Positions 54,673 through 62,434 of a stretch of 64,000 bases of DNA are shown here, one piece after another. Below the pieces are notes generated by a model. That model did not search any database. It was not told where the DNA came from and worked only from the letters and a program-made list of their open reading frames with translations. The stretch is from positions 2,129 to 66,128 of the forward strand of contig JAFXXH010000017.1 in NCBI GenBank assembly GCA_017542425.1. The letters are read 5' to 3'. Every line of letters starts with the position of its first letter. Within the stretch, counting starts at the first letter, position 1. The translations under genes and the position numbers were made by a program. The DNA comes from Oscillospiraceae bacterium (GTDB lineage: Bacteria > Bacillota > Clostridia > Oscillospirales > Oscillospiraceae).

Positions 54673-57021
54673 TTACTTCACGGTCAGCTTCTGGGCCTCC
54701 TTGTAGGGCTTGAAGAGCTGCCACAGGAGCAGACCCAGCGCAATCAGCGCCAGAATCAGGCCGACGACGTTCACGCCGCCCACGAACACCCGGCCGATCT
54801 GCCAGACCAGGAAGGCGATCACCCAGGCAAAGCCGCACTGGTAGCCGATGGCGAACCAGGTCCACTTGCGGCTGTTCATCTCCCGCCTGATCGCGCCGAT
54901 GGCCGCGAAACAGGGGGCGCAGAGCAGGTTGAAAATCAGGAAGGCATAGGCGGCAAGTCTGCCGTGGCCGCCGGAGATGGCGTTGAAGTCCTCCGCCACG
55001 TTCTCCCAGATCTGGTCGCCGTTTTCCTCCAGCTCCTCCAGGATGGGTTCGCCGGTCTCCTCGTCAAAGAGCGGTTCGCCGGTCTCCTCGTCCACGGCCT
55101 GCTCGGCCCTGGCGTCGAAGTTGTACATGATTCCGAAGTTGGCCACGACCTCCTCCTTTGCCACCAGGCCGGTGACCGTGGCGGCAGTGGGCTTCCAGTC
55201 GCCGAAGCCCAGGGGCTTGAAGACGATGGAGACGGGCTGGGCCACGCGGGCCAGGATGGAATCGTCCATCGGCTCCACCTCGTCCTCGGAGATGCCCATA
55301 CGCTCGGCCACGATGGCCACATATTCGTCGGTGACCAGGCTGTCATCCTCATAGAGCTCGTCCACCATGCCGAATCTGCCGTTGACGGAGCCGAAGCTGG
55401 TCAGGAACCAGATCACAATGGAGGAGACCACGATGACGGTCCCGGCGCGCTTGATAAAGCTCCAGCCGCGCTCCCAGGTGCCGCGCAGGACGTTGCCCCA
55501 GGCGGGGGCGTGGTAGGCGGGCAGCTCCATGACGAAGGGGGCGGGGTCCCCGGCAAAGCGCTTCGTCTTCTTCAGCATGATACCGGAGATCACAATGGCA
55601 GCCACGCCGATGAAGTAGGCGGAGGTGGCGACCAGGGTGCTGCCGCCGAACAGCGCGCCCGCGATCAGGCCGACGATGGGCATTTTCGCCCCGCAGGGCA
55701 TGAAGGTGGTGGTCATGATGGTCATGCGGCGGTCACGCTCGTTTTCAATCGTGCGGGAGGCCATGACGCCGGGGATGCCGCAGCCGGTACCCACCAGCAT
55801 GGGGATGAAGCTCTTGCCGCTCAGGCCGAAGCGGCGGAAGATGCGGTCCATGATGAAGGCGATGCGCGCCATGTAGCCGCAGTCCTCCAGCAGGCAAAGC
55901 ATCAGGAACAGCACCAGCATCTGGGGCACGAAGCCCAACACCGCGCCCACGCCGGCCAGGATGCCGTCGGAGATCAGACCCACCAGCCAGGGGGCGGCGT
56001 TCCAGCTCTCCAGGATGGCGCGGGAGCCGTCGGTCAGCCAGGCCCCGCCCAGCACGTCGTTGGCCCAGTCGGTCAGGAAGGTGCCGATGGAAATGCCGCC
56101 GTCGGCGATGGAGGTGCCCATGGACAGGGCGTAGACCAGGAACATGACTCCGATGAAAATCGGCAGCGCCAGGATGCGGTTGGTGACGATCTTGTCGATC
56201 CGGTCGGAGGTACTCTGTTTGGTCCTGTTCTTTTTCTGATAGCACCCGCGCATCAGGCCCGCGATGTAGATGTAGCGCTCGTTGGTAATGATGCTCTCCG
56301 CGTCGTCGTCCAGCTCCCGCTCCGCCGCGGCGATATCCTGTTCGATATGTGCTTTGATCCCGTCGCTGAGGGCCAGCTTGCTCTGGACCTTTTCATCCCG
56401 CTCGAAGAGCTTGACGGCATACCAGCGCTGGCGCTCCTCCGGCATGTTGTGGACCGTAATCTCCTCGATGTGGGCCAGGGCGTGCTCCACCACGCCGGAA
56501 AAGCTGTGCTGGGGCACGGTCCTCGGCCCCTGGGCGGCCTCCACGCAGGCGCGGACCGCCGCGTCGATCCCCTCGCCCTTGAGCGCGGAGATCTCAACAA
56601 TCCGGCAACCCAGGGCGCGGCCCAGTTCCTCCGTGTGGATGGTGTCGCCGGACTTGCGCACCAGGTCCATCATGTTCAGGGCAATGACCACGGGGATGCC
56701 GATCTCCACCAGTTGGGTGGTCAGATAGAGGTTGCGCTCCAGATTCGTGGCGTCGACGATGTTCAGCACCACGTCGGGCTGTTCGTCGATCAGATAGTTC
56801 CGGGCCACGACCTCCTCCAGCGTGTAAGGGGACAGAGAGTAGATGCCGGGTAGGTCCGTGACGGTCACGTCCTTCTGGCCGCGCACGCGGCCCTCCTTCT
56901 TCTCCACCGTCACGCCGGGCCAGTTGCCCACATACTGCTGGGTCCCGGTCAGCGCGTTGAACAGCGTCGTCTTGCCGCAGTTGGGGTTGCCGGCAAGGGC
57001 GATGCGAATTCCAGTTTTCAT
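54673..57021 (-). CDS. feoB: ferrous iron transporter FeoB
   Basis: IALAGNPNCGKTTLFNALTG G1 motif, DLPGIYSL, NMMD, and a large gate-motif-containing polytopic membrane domain. Confidence 0.97.
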   Translation of the reverse strand: MKTGIRIALAGNPNCGKTTLFNALTGTQQYVGNWPGVTVEKKEGRVRGQKDVTVTDLPGIYSLSPYTLEEVVARNYLIDEQPDVVLNIVDATNLERNLYLTTQLVEIGIPVVIALNMMDLVRKSGDTIHTEELGRALGCRIVEISALKGEGIDAAVRACVEAAQGPRTVPQHSFSGVVEHALAHIEEITVHNMPEERQRWYAVKLFERDEKVQSKLALSDGIKAHIEQDIAAAERELDDDAESIITNERYIYIAGLMRGCYQKKNRTKQSTSDRIDKIVTNRILALPIFIGVMFLVYALSMGTSIADGGISIGTFLTDWANDVLGGAWLTDGSRAILESWNAAPWLVGLISDGILAGVGAVLGFVPQMLVLFLMLCLLEDCGYMARIAFIMDRIFRRFGLSGKSFIPMLVGTGCGIPGVMASRTIENERDRRMTIMTTTFMPCGAKMPIVGLIAGALFGGSTLVATSAYFIGVAAIVISGIMLKKTKRFAGDPAPFVMELPAYHAPAWGNVLRGTWERGWSFIKRAGTVIVVSSIVIWFLTSFGSVNGRFGMVDELYEDDSLVTDEYVAIVAERMGISEDEVEPMDDSILARVAQPVSIVFKPLGFGDWKPTAATVTGLVAKEEVVANFGIMYNFDARAEQAVDEETGEPLFDEETGEPILEELEENGDQIWENVAEDFNAISGGHGRLAAYAFLIFNLLCAPCFAAIGAIRREMNSRKWTWFAIGYQCGFAWVIAFLVWQIGRVFVGGVNVVGLILALIALGLLLWQLFKPYKEAQKLTVK

Positions 57022-57254
57022 ATGCCGCTCCTTTCCTCCACTTCGATCATTTCCGCGTCGGCCTTGCGGATGGACAGCTCATAGCCCCGCACGTTCACCT
57101 CCACCGGGTCGCCCAGCGGGGCCAGCTTGCGGACGTAGATCTCTACGCCCTTCGTAACGCCCATGTCCATGATCCGCCGCTTGACCGCGCCCGCGCCGTG
57201 CAGCTTCACGACCCGGACGGTCTCGCCGACTTTCGCGTCTCTGAGTGTTTTCAT
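57018..57254 (-). CDS. feoA: FeoA domain protein
   Basis: LRDAKVGETVRVVKLHGAGAVKRRIMDMGVTKGVEIYVRKLAPLGDPVEV is an SH3-like FeoA domain. AAAGGAG RBS. It overlaps feoB by 4 nt. Confidence 0.9.
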   Translation of the reverse strand: MKTLRDAKVGETVRVVKLHGAGAVKRRIMDMGVTKGVEIYVRKLAPLGDPVEVNVRGYELSIRKADAEMIEVEERSGI

Positions 57255-57284
57255 CCTCATCGCTCCTTTTCGATTCAAATTGGA

Positions 57285-57497
57285 TCAGACCATGATCTTC
57301 CCGGCCATTTCGCGGCTGAGGGCCACGCGGGACTCCTTGACCTTGACGATCAGGTTCCCGCCGATGGTATTCAGCACCGTGACGGTCCCGCCGACGACAA
57401 AGCCCATGTCCTCCAGGTGCTTTTTCAGCTCCGGCGTCCCGCCCAGGCGCAGGATGACGGCTTCCTCCCCCGCCCCCGACAGATACAGCGGCATCAT
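57285..57497 (-). CDS. feoA: FeoA domain protein (second copy)
   Basis: MMPLYLSGAGEEAVILRLGGTPELKKHLEDMGFVVGGTVTVLNTIGGNLIVKVKESRVAL, with a [14 protein letters not shown]. Confidence 0.88.
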   Translation of the reverse strand: MMPLYLSGAGEEAVILRLGGTPELKKHLEDMGFVVGGTVTVLNTIGGNLIVKVKESRVALSREMAGKIMV

Positions 57498-57562
57498 CGC
57501 TTTTCCCCCCTCCTTGCACCGTGCCACAGAATTAAATGAAACTAACTTGCGATTCGGCAAAA

Positions 57563-57580
57563 GGTTAGGTTCTCCTAACC
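57563..57580. promoter_or_regulatory. DtxR-type iron-box-like operator in the feoA 5' region
   Basis: Perfect inverted repeat GGTTAGG-TTCT-CCTAACC. It resembles the DtxR/IdeR consensus TTAGGTTAGCCTAACCTAA and starts 8 nt downstream of the -10. Confidence 0.65.
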
Positions 57581-57587
57581 GTCTGGG

Positions 57588-57616
57588 AGTTTAACATACT
57601 TAACTCTTGTTGTCAA
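57588..57616 (-). promoter_or_regulatory. sigma-A promoter of feoA-feoA-feoB
   Basis: Minus strand reads TTGACA-17 nt-TAAACT. Confidence 0.6.
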
Positions 57617-57692
57617 GAGCGAACTTCCCTGCACTTTGATTTTTCTTGCTTTTTGCATATTTTTATGGTAATCTTTTCAGCAGGTGATGAAA

Positions 57693-58061
57693 ATGACGAT
57701 CCATGAATCCGCAGAAAACTATCTGGAAGCCATGCTGATGCTCAAGGAGGAGCGGGGCTACATCCGCTCCATCGACGTGGCGGAAAAGCTGGGCGTAACC
57801 AAGCCCAGCGTCAGCTACGCAACCAAACGCCTGCGGGAGAGCGGCTATATCACGCTGGACCCGGCGGGGATGATCGTGCTGCTCCCTCCGGGGCTGGAGA
57901 TCGCGGAGCGGATTTACGAGCGCCACAAGCTCCTGACCGAACTGTTCATCGGCCTGGGCGTCAACCCGGAGACCGCCCGGCAGGACGCCTGCAAGATCGA
58001 ACACGACCTGAGCGTGGAGACCTTCGAGGCCATTCGCAGACATGCCCAAATGTACCGCTGA
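57693..58061 (+). CDS. DtxR/MntR family metal-dependent transcriptional repressor (no SH3-like C-domain)
   Basis: SAENYLEAMLMLKEERGYIRSIDVAEKLGVTKPSVSYATKRLRESGYI is a winged HTH. ERHKLLTELF...DACKIEHDLS is the dimerisation/metal-site region. The start was set at the ATG 5 nt after AGGTGA. Confidence 0.9.
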   Translation: MTIHESAENYLEAMLMLKEERGYIRSIDVAEKLGVTKPSVSYATKRLRESGYITLDPAGMIVLLPPGLEIAERIYERHKLLTELFIGLGVNPETARQDACKIEHDLSVETFEAIRRHAQMYR

Positions 58062-58081
58062 GCTTTCTCACACATGCAAGT

Positions 58082-58120
58082 CCTCCGATCTGCGCGGAAG
58101 CCGGATCGGAGGGCTTTTCG
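58082..58120 (+). terminator. rho-independent terminator after the dtxR-like gene
   Basis: CCTCCGATC-loop-GATCGGAGG followed by GCTTTTCG. Confidence 0.6.
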
Positions 58121-58163
58121 TCTCGGCGGAAAAAAAAGTCTTTTCAAACGGGAACAGATGTGC

Positions 58164-58192
58164 TATCATCAGCAATTAGATAAGCCTAACTT
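58164..58192 (+). promoter_or_regulatory. -10 element (TATCAT) plus an iron-box-like operator upstream of the HMA gene
   Basis: TATCAT at 58164-58169, then AATTAGATAAGCCTAACTT at 58174-58192 (imperfect TTAG..CTAA palindrome). The geometry matches that at feoA. Confidence 0.5.
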
Positions 58193-58222
58193 CTGGAAAC
58201 GAGCTTTGGAAAGGTGAGACAC

Positions 58223-58474
58223 ATGATCAAGACCACAGTGAAAATCGACGGCATGATGTGCCCCATGTGCGAGGCGCATATCAGCGAGGCGATCCGAAAG
58301 GCGATCCCCTCCGCCAGGCAAGTCAGCGCCAACCGGCGCAAGGGGGAGGCGGTGTTCCTGACGGAACAGGCCGTGGACGGAGCGCTGCTGCGACAGGCCA
58401 TTGACGCCACAGGCTACCGCTGCCTGGGCGTGGAATCGGCGCCCCACGAGAAGAAGCGCTGGTTTCAAAAATAA
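58223..58474 (+). CDS. heavy-metal-associated (HMA, CopZ-like) domain protein
   Basis: MIKTTVKIDGMMCPMCEAHISEAI carries the GMxCxxC metal-binding motif. It is about 83 aa with a ferredoxin-like beta-alpha-beta-beta-alpha-beta pattern. Confidence 0.88.
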   Translation: MIKTTVKIDGMMCPMCEAHISEAIRKAIPSARQVSANRRKGEAVFLTEQAVDGALLRQAIDATGYRCLGVESAPHEKKRWFQK

Positions 58475-58483
58475 ACACGAAGG

Positions 58484-58527
58484 CCGCACAATTCTGACTG
58501 CGCGATGGGCATGTCAGAACTGTGCGG
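58484..58527. terminator. hairpin between convergent genes (possible bidirectional terminator)
   Basis: CCGCACAATTCTGAC-14 nt-GTCAGAACTGTGCGG. The U-tracts are weak on both strands. Confidence 0.5.
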
Positions 58528-58544
58528 TTTCGTATGGACAGGTC

Positions 58545-60104
58545 TTATCTCCTGGCCTGGCTCAAAGCGGCGCGGACGGCGGCGCGCAGGCCCTCGGAAG
58601 AATAGGTCGCGCCGGAAACGCCGTCCACATTCGGCGACTGCGCGGACAGCATGGCGGCGATCATCCGCGCACCGTCTGCGCCGGGGTCGAAGTAATCCAC
58701 GTCATCCTTGAACGCAGTGATGCGGATGTCCACAATGCGGTCGTCCCGGATGGTCACGGATACGGCCACGTCTCCGGCCGTACCCAGGTTTCCGACGCCG
58801 GATCCGCTGTAGGTCCCGTCCTGATAGACCCGGACAGGCGTGGGCTCGGGGGTGGGCACCGGAGTCGGCTCCGGCGTAGGTTCGGGCGTAGGTTCCGGAG
58901 TCGGCTCCGGGGTGGGTTCCGGGGTGGGCTGCTGCGTCGGTTCCGGCGTCGGTTCCGGCGTCGGGGTGGCTTGCGCCGTGGGCTGCGGCGTCGGTTCCGG
59001 CGTCGGCTTCGGTGCCGGTTTCGCCGTGGGTTCGGGCGCGGCTGCGGTCTCCGGTTCCGGCGTCGGCGCTGACGTGGCCGTGGGTTCCGGTTCCGGCTGC
59101 GCTTCTCCCTTTGCTTCCGGGTCCGGGGATGGGCTTGAGACGGACGCGGTGGGCGTCACTTCCGGCGTCAAGTCGGGCTCCGGCGTGGACGACGCGTCCG
59201 TGCTTTCCGGCGCGGGCGGTGGTGACGGCAGAGACTCCGTTGCTTCCGAGGCCTCGGACGCCGAGAGCGGTTCCGTGGAGACGGCCGCTGCGGAAGCCCC
59301 TTCCCCGTCCTGCGCCTCTCGCGCTGCGGAAACCGCCAGCGTCAATGCCGCAGCGAGCAGCAGCGCAAAGAAAAGGGCGACCAGCTGGCGGCGCGCCAGC
59401 CCCGTTTCGCTCTGCCGACGGCGGGCCAGCGCTTTCAGAATCCGGCAGGCGGCGTAAGCGACGAAGATCGCGGTGTAGACGAACACGGTCAGTCCGTAAC
59501 CGAGACGGCCCCGCAGCGCGTTGGGGATGGTCAGCAGCAGGATGTGGAGGCAAAGCAGGGCATAGAACAGATAGGCCCAGCGCTGCAGGCGTTTCCAGGC
59601 TTTTGGCCGCATCTTTTTTCGGACAGCAGGGAAGCTGGTGATCCACAGCGGCAGCATCACCAGATCCATGACGACGGAGCAGAGGGCCGCCAGCAGCGTC
59701 GCTGTGGGCAGGCTGGCGGCGTCCGTAAACAGCAGGACGAAATAGGTCTTGCCGTACGCCACGTTGTGGGCAAGGGTGAAAATCCCGGCCAGAATGGACA
59801 GAGGCCCGCGGACGGGCATCAGCGTTCGCGCTCCCCTGGAACCGTTGGGGAAGGCTCCGGCCACCATCACCAGCACAAACAGCGCACCCGCCAGCGCGCC
59901 CCGGGCGAAAATGGGCCAGATCCAGCTGTTGACAAAGGCCGGGAAGCGGACCCCGGCAAAGGCGCAGACCACGACGGCAAGGGACAGCAGCGCGGCACAG
60001 AGATAAAACGGCCCCGGCGCGGTCCGCAGCTGCTTGCCCAGCAGTAGCACCAGCAGCAGCGCCAGGGCGAGAGAGATCAGAAAAACCAAAGACGGCACCT
60101 CCAT
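58545..60104 (-). CDS. ferric-reductase-like transmembrane domain fused via a Pro/Thr/Glu linker to an extracytosolic FMN_bind domain
   Basis: The N-terminal ~230 aa form six TM helices with His in TM segments (FTLAHNVAYG, ALLCLHILLL), as in YedZ/MsrQ/FRD proteins. A ~170-aa (PEPT)n-rich linker follows. The C-terminus GTYSGSGVG...VDGVSGATYSSEG is an FMN_bind domain with the canonical flavinylation site. The start may instead be the TTG at 60089, which follows GGAGG. Confidence 0.88.
   Translation of the reverse strand: MEVPSLVFLISLALALLLVLLLGKQLRTAPGPFYLCAALLSLAVVVCAFAGVRFPAFVNSWIWPIFARGALAGALFVLVMVAGAFPNGSRGARTLMPVRGPLSILAGIFTLAHNVAYGKTYFVLLFTDAASLPTATLLAALCSVVMDLVMLPLWITSFPAVRKKMRPKAWKRLQRWAYLFYALLCLHILLLTIPNALRGRLGYGLTVFVYTAIFVAYAACRILKALARRRQSETGLARRQLVALFFALLLAAALTLAVSAAREAQDGEGASAAAVSTEPLSASEASEATESLPSPPPAPESTDASSTPEPDLTPEVTPTASVSSPSPDPEAKGEAQPEPEPTATSAPTPEPETAAAPEPTAKPAPKPTPEPTPQPTAQATPTPEPTPEPTQQPTPEPTPEPTPEPTPEPTPEPTPVPTPEPTPVRVYQDGTYSGSGVGNLGTAGDVAVSVTIRDDRIVDIRITAFKDDVDYFDPGADGARMIAAMLSAQSPNVDGVSGATYSSEGLRAAVRAALSQARR
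58832..59260 (-). repeat. in-frame low-complexity tandem repeat encoding the (PEPT)n / Pro-Thr-Glu-Ala linker
   Basis: Plus strand shows reiterated GGTTCCGGCGTCGG / GGCTCCGG units. Translated on the minus strand this gives PTPEPTPEPTPEPTPEPTPEPTPVPTPEPTP and degenerate copies. Confidence 0.9.
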
Positions 60105-60112
60105 GTTCCAGG

Positions 60113-60153
60113 ATAAAAAACACCGGGGACGCCCGACGGGCGGACGACCCCGG
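60113..60153 (-). terminator. rho-independent terminator after the SLH surface-protein gene
   Basis: Minus strand reads CCGGGGTCGTCCGCCCGTCGGGCGTCCCCGG followed by TGTTTTTTAT. Confidence 0.8.
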
Positions 60154-60176
60154 CCAAAAAGGAGAAGTGGGAAAAC

Positions 60177-62255
60177 TCAGCTTTGTGGATCAGACCGCGC
60201 CGTTGCATAGAGCAGGGACACGATCTCGGCGCGGGTGTAGGGCGTCTCGGCCCGGAAGCTGCTTCCGGCTTCGATCAGGCCCTTCTCCGCCGCCCAGGAG
60301 GCGGCGTCACGGTACCAGGCCTCGGGCTTCACATCGTCAAAGGCCTTTTGCGCGGCGGGGGCGGGCCGTCCTTCGGCTTTCCAGAGGACGCCGATGATCT
60401 GTGCGCGGTCCACGGTCTGCATGGGGCTGAAGCGGTCCGCGCCCGTGCCGTCGATGATGCCGTTTTCAACCGCCCAGAGGACCGCTTTACAATACCAGTC
60501 GTCCTCCCGGATGTCCGTGAAGGGGGTTTCGACGGATTCAGGCTGCGGCTGTCCGGCGCGTTTCCAGAGGAAGGTGACCAGAGTCGCCCGGTTTACGGTC
60601 AGTTCCGGGGAGAAGGTCCCGTTTCCGGTTCCGCTGGTGACGCGGTTTTTCCTGGCCCAGATCAGCGCCTCGGCATAGTCGGCGTCCTTCGGCACATCGT
60701 AGTATCCGGTGGCCCCCAGGTCCGCGATGGCGATCTGCACCGGGAAATCCAGCACGGCAGACGGGGTGTAGTAGCGGATGTTGGTAATCGTTTTTCCGTC
60801 GATGGCCGCCAGCGGCTCGTCCAGGTTCCAACCCAGCTCCGTGGCCCGCCAGATGTTCGTCACATGGCCCATGCCGTATTTCGCGCCGTCCTCGGTGGTC
60901 AGCACCACAGCGCTGACGGCGTCGCCTTTGGCGATCCCCTCCGTGCCTTCCAGTACCATTTCAATGGAAGTGTGCCGTCCGTTGTAGGTCACGGTGGCGC
61001 TGACACCTTCCACCGTTGCGGCGCGCCCGCCCACTGCGGAGAAGCGGAAGCCGCCGTCCTCCGCCACGGAGAGCGTCTTGTACTTTGCGGGCTTCTCCGA
61101 CAGCGCATACCAGGCATGGTCCGGGGCTTCAAACAGAGAATCCCTGCCCGCATAGGTCGCGGTATTCGTCTGGCCGCGGGCGCTGGTGGTGATCTCCACG
61201 CTGCGTGCGTCGGTGACCTCCAGCGCAGCATCCAGCATATCCAGATCCGGGACGAACACAGGATAGCTGACGCCGTCTACGCCGTCGCCCTCCGCGCTGA
61301 CATGATAGGAGCCGGAGGCCAGGCCTCCGTTGCTCCGTTTGTTTTTGGTGGCCGCGCTGACCGCGTCCGGCGCGTCCGCTTCGCCCAACTCTGCGGCGTA
61401 GAATTCGGCGTAGGGGATGTTCATTTGGACATAGCCTGCCTTACCGATGGTCAACTGAACCGGATAGTCCAGAATGGCGTCACGGGTATAGTATCGAATG
61501 TTGGTGAGCGTCTTTCCGGCGAGCCCTGCGGCCCCTTCGTCCAGGTTCCAGCCCAGCTGCGTCCCGCGCCAGATGTTATAAACGTGGCGCAGCCCGTATT
61601 GGCTGCCGTCGGAAGCCGTCAGCACCACGCCGCTGACAACGGTATCCGCCGCGATGGCGGCTGTGTTTTCCAGAACGATTTCGATGTCTGTATGCCGTCC
61701 GCCCATCGTCAGCGTGGGGACGACGCCCTCCTGTGTGGAAGCCGCGCCGCGCACAGCGGAAAAGCGCAGCGCGCCGTTCGTGACGGAGAGTTCTTTGTAA
61801 CAGGCGGGCCTTTCTTTCAACACATAGTAGGAGTAGCTCGGAGCCTCAAACAACGCATCCGCGCCCTCATAGACGGTGGTTCTCTCCTGACCCCGGTTCA
61901 CGACGGTGATCTCCACGCGGGCCGTATCGTCCAGGCGGTTCAGCCCCGCCAGCGCCGCAGAGTCCTTGACAAGCACGGGATAGATGACGCCGCTGATGTC
62001 ACTGCCGTCAGCATTGACGTGGTAGGAGCCGCCGGCCAGCGTACCCGTCCTGGGCTTATTCAGCGTAGAGGAACTTACGGCGTCCACGGCCTTGTCCGTT
62101 TCGCCCAGTTCCGATGCATAAAAGTCGGCGTAGGGGATGTTCATCAGGACATAGGTCTCTTCCGCCGCCAGCGCCGCAGACGGCAGCGCCCCGATCAGCG
62201 TCAGCAGGCAGAGCAGCAGTCCCAGCGTTTGTCTGAGCTTTTTCACATTCATCAT
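60177..62255 (-). CDS. cell-wall-anchored (3x SLH) surface protein with two tandem copies of an unassigned ~240-aa domain
   Basis: Signal peptide LGLLLCLLTLIGALPSAALA. Copy A spans aa ~38-278 and copy B aa ~279-519, sharing MNIPYA(D/E)FYA.ELGE, DAVS..T, SGSYHV, RHT.IE.VLE, NIWR.T.LGWNLDE and TNIRYYT. Three SLH modules lie at aa ~522-690. The start was set at ATGATG after GAGGTG. Confidence 0.88.
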   Translation of the reverse strand: MMNVKKLRQTLGLLLCLLTLIGALPSAALAAEETYVLMNIPYADFYASELGETDKAVDAVSSSTLNKPRTGTLAGGSYHVNADGSDISGVIYPVLVKDSAALAGLNRLDDTARVEITVVNRGQERTTVYEGADALFEAPSYSYYVLKERPACYKELSVTNGALRFSAVRGAASTQEGVVPTLTMGGRHTDIEIVLENTAAIAADTVVSGVVLTASDGSQYGLRHVYNIWRGTQLGWNLDEGAAGLAGKTLTNIRYYTRDAILDYPVQLTIGKAGYVQMNIPYAEFYAAELGEADAPDAVSAATKNKRSNGGLASGSYHVSAEGDGVDGVSYPVFVPDLDMLDAALEVTDARSVEITTSARGQTNTATYAGRDSLFEAPDHAWYALSEKPAKYKTLSVAEDGGFRFSAVGGRAATVEGVSATVTYNGRHTSIEMVLEGTEGIAKGDAVSAVVLTTEDGAKYGMGHVTNIWRATELGWNLDEPLAAIDGKTITNIRYYTPSAVLDFPVQIAIADLGATGYYDVPKDADYAEALIWARKNRVTSGTGNGTFSPELTVNRATLVTFLWKRAGQPQPESVETPFTDIREDDWYCKAVLWAVENGIIDGTGADRFSPMQTVDRAQIIGVLWKAEGRPAPAAQKAFDDVKPEAWYRDAASWAAEKGLIEAGSSFRAETPYTRAEIVSLLYATARSDPQS
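60711..62156 (-). repeat. internal tandem duplication (two ~720-nt domain-coding copies)
   Basis: The protein-level repeat described above gives copy A at about 61434-62156 and copy B at about 60711-61433. The copies have diverged (roughly half the residues identical by eye), so the duplication is not recent. Confidence 0.8.
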
Positions 62256-62287
62256 AACACCTCTCATTCTGGATTTGTTATCAGCCG

Positions 62288-62311
62288 CTAACGTTAGTTA
62301 GACTAATCTAA
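62288..62311. promoter_or_regulatory. iron-box-like operator(s) in the 5' region of the SLH surface-protein gene
   Basis: CTAACGTTAG is a perfect 10-bp palindrome. It overlaps TTAGTTAGACTAATCTAA, which is close to the DtxR consensus half-sites. The site lies about 16 nt downstream of the -10. Confidence 0.6.
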
Positions 62312-62328
62312 TCACGGCGACGTGTTGG

Positions 62329-62357
62329 AGTATAACAGCAACGCGCAGAAATGTCAA
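62329..62357 (-). promoter_or_regulatory. sigma-A promoter of the SLH surface-protein gene
   Basis: Minus strand reads TTGACA-17 nt-TATACT. Confidence 0.6.
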
Positions 62358-62373
62358 TCCCCAAATTTCCAGC

Positions 62374-62403
62374 TTGACAAACAAAACACCGCGGATTTAC
62401 AAT
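62374..62403 (+). promoter_or_regulatory. sigma-A promoter of apbE
   Basis: TTGACA-18 nt-TACAAT, arranged back-to-back with the divergent promoter (the -35 boxes are 16 nt apart). Confidence 0.6.
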
Positions 62404-62416
62404 AAATCATACGGGA

Positions 62417-62434
62417 AGTTAGTTTTTTCTAACT
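62417..62434. promoter_or_regulatory. iron-box-like operator upstream of apbE
   Basis: Perfect inverted repeat AGTTAG-TTTTTT-CTAACT between the -10 and the RBS. Confidence 0.6.

Noticed and set aside
54658-56853. 731-aa plus-strand ORF
   Set aside because: It is antisense to feoB.
58832-59260. Possible CRISPR array or intergenic tandem repeat (reiterated GGTTCCGGCGTCGG units)
   Set aside because: The units are 12-24 nt and contiguous, without unique spacers. They lie in-frame inside a CDS, where they encode a (PEPT)n linker. No cas genes are present.
60183-62291. 702-aa plus-strand ORF
   Set aside because: It is antisense to the SLH surface-protein gene. It has no signal, motif or RBS, and it would run across the promoter and operator region.
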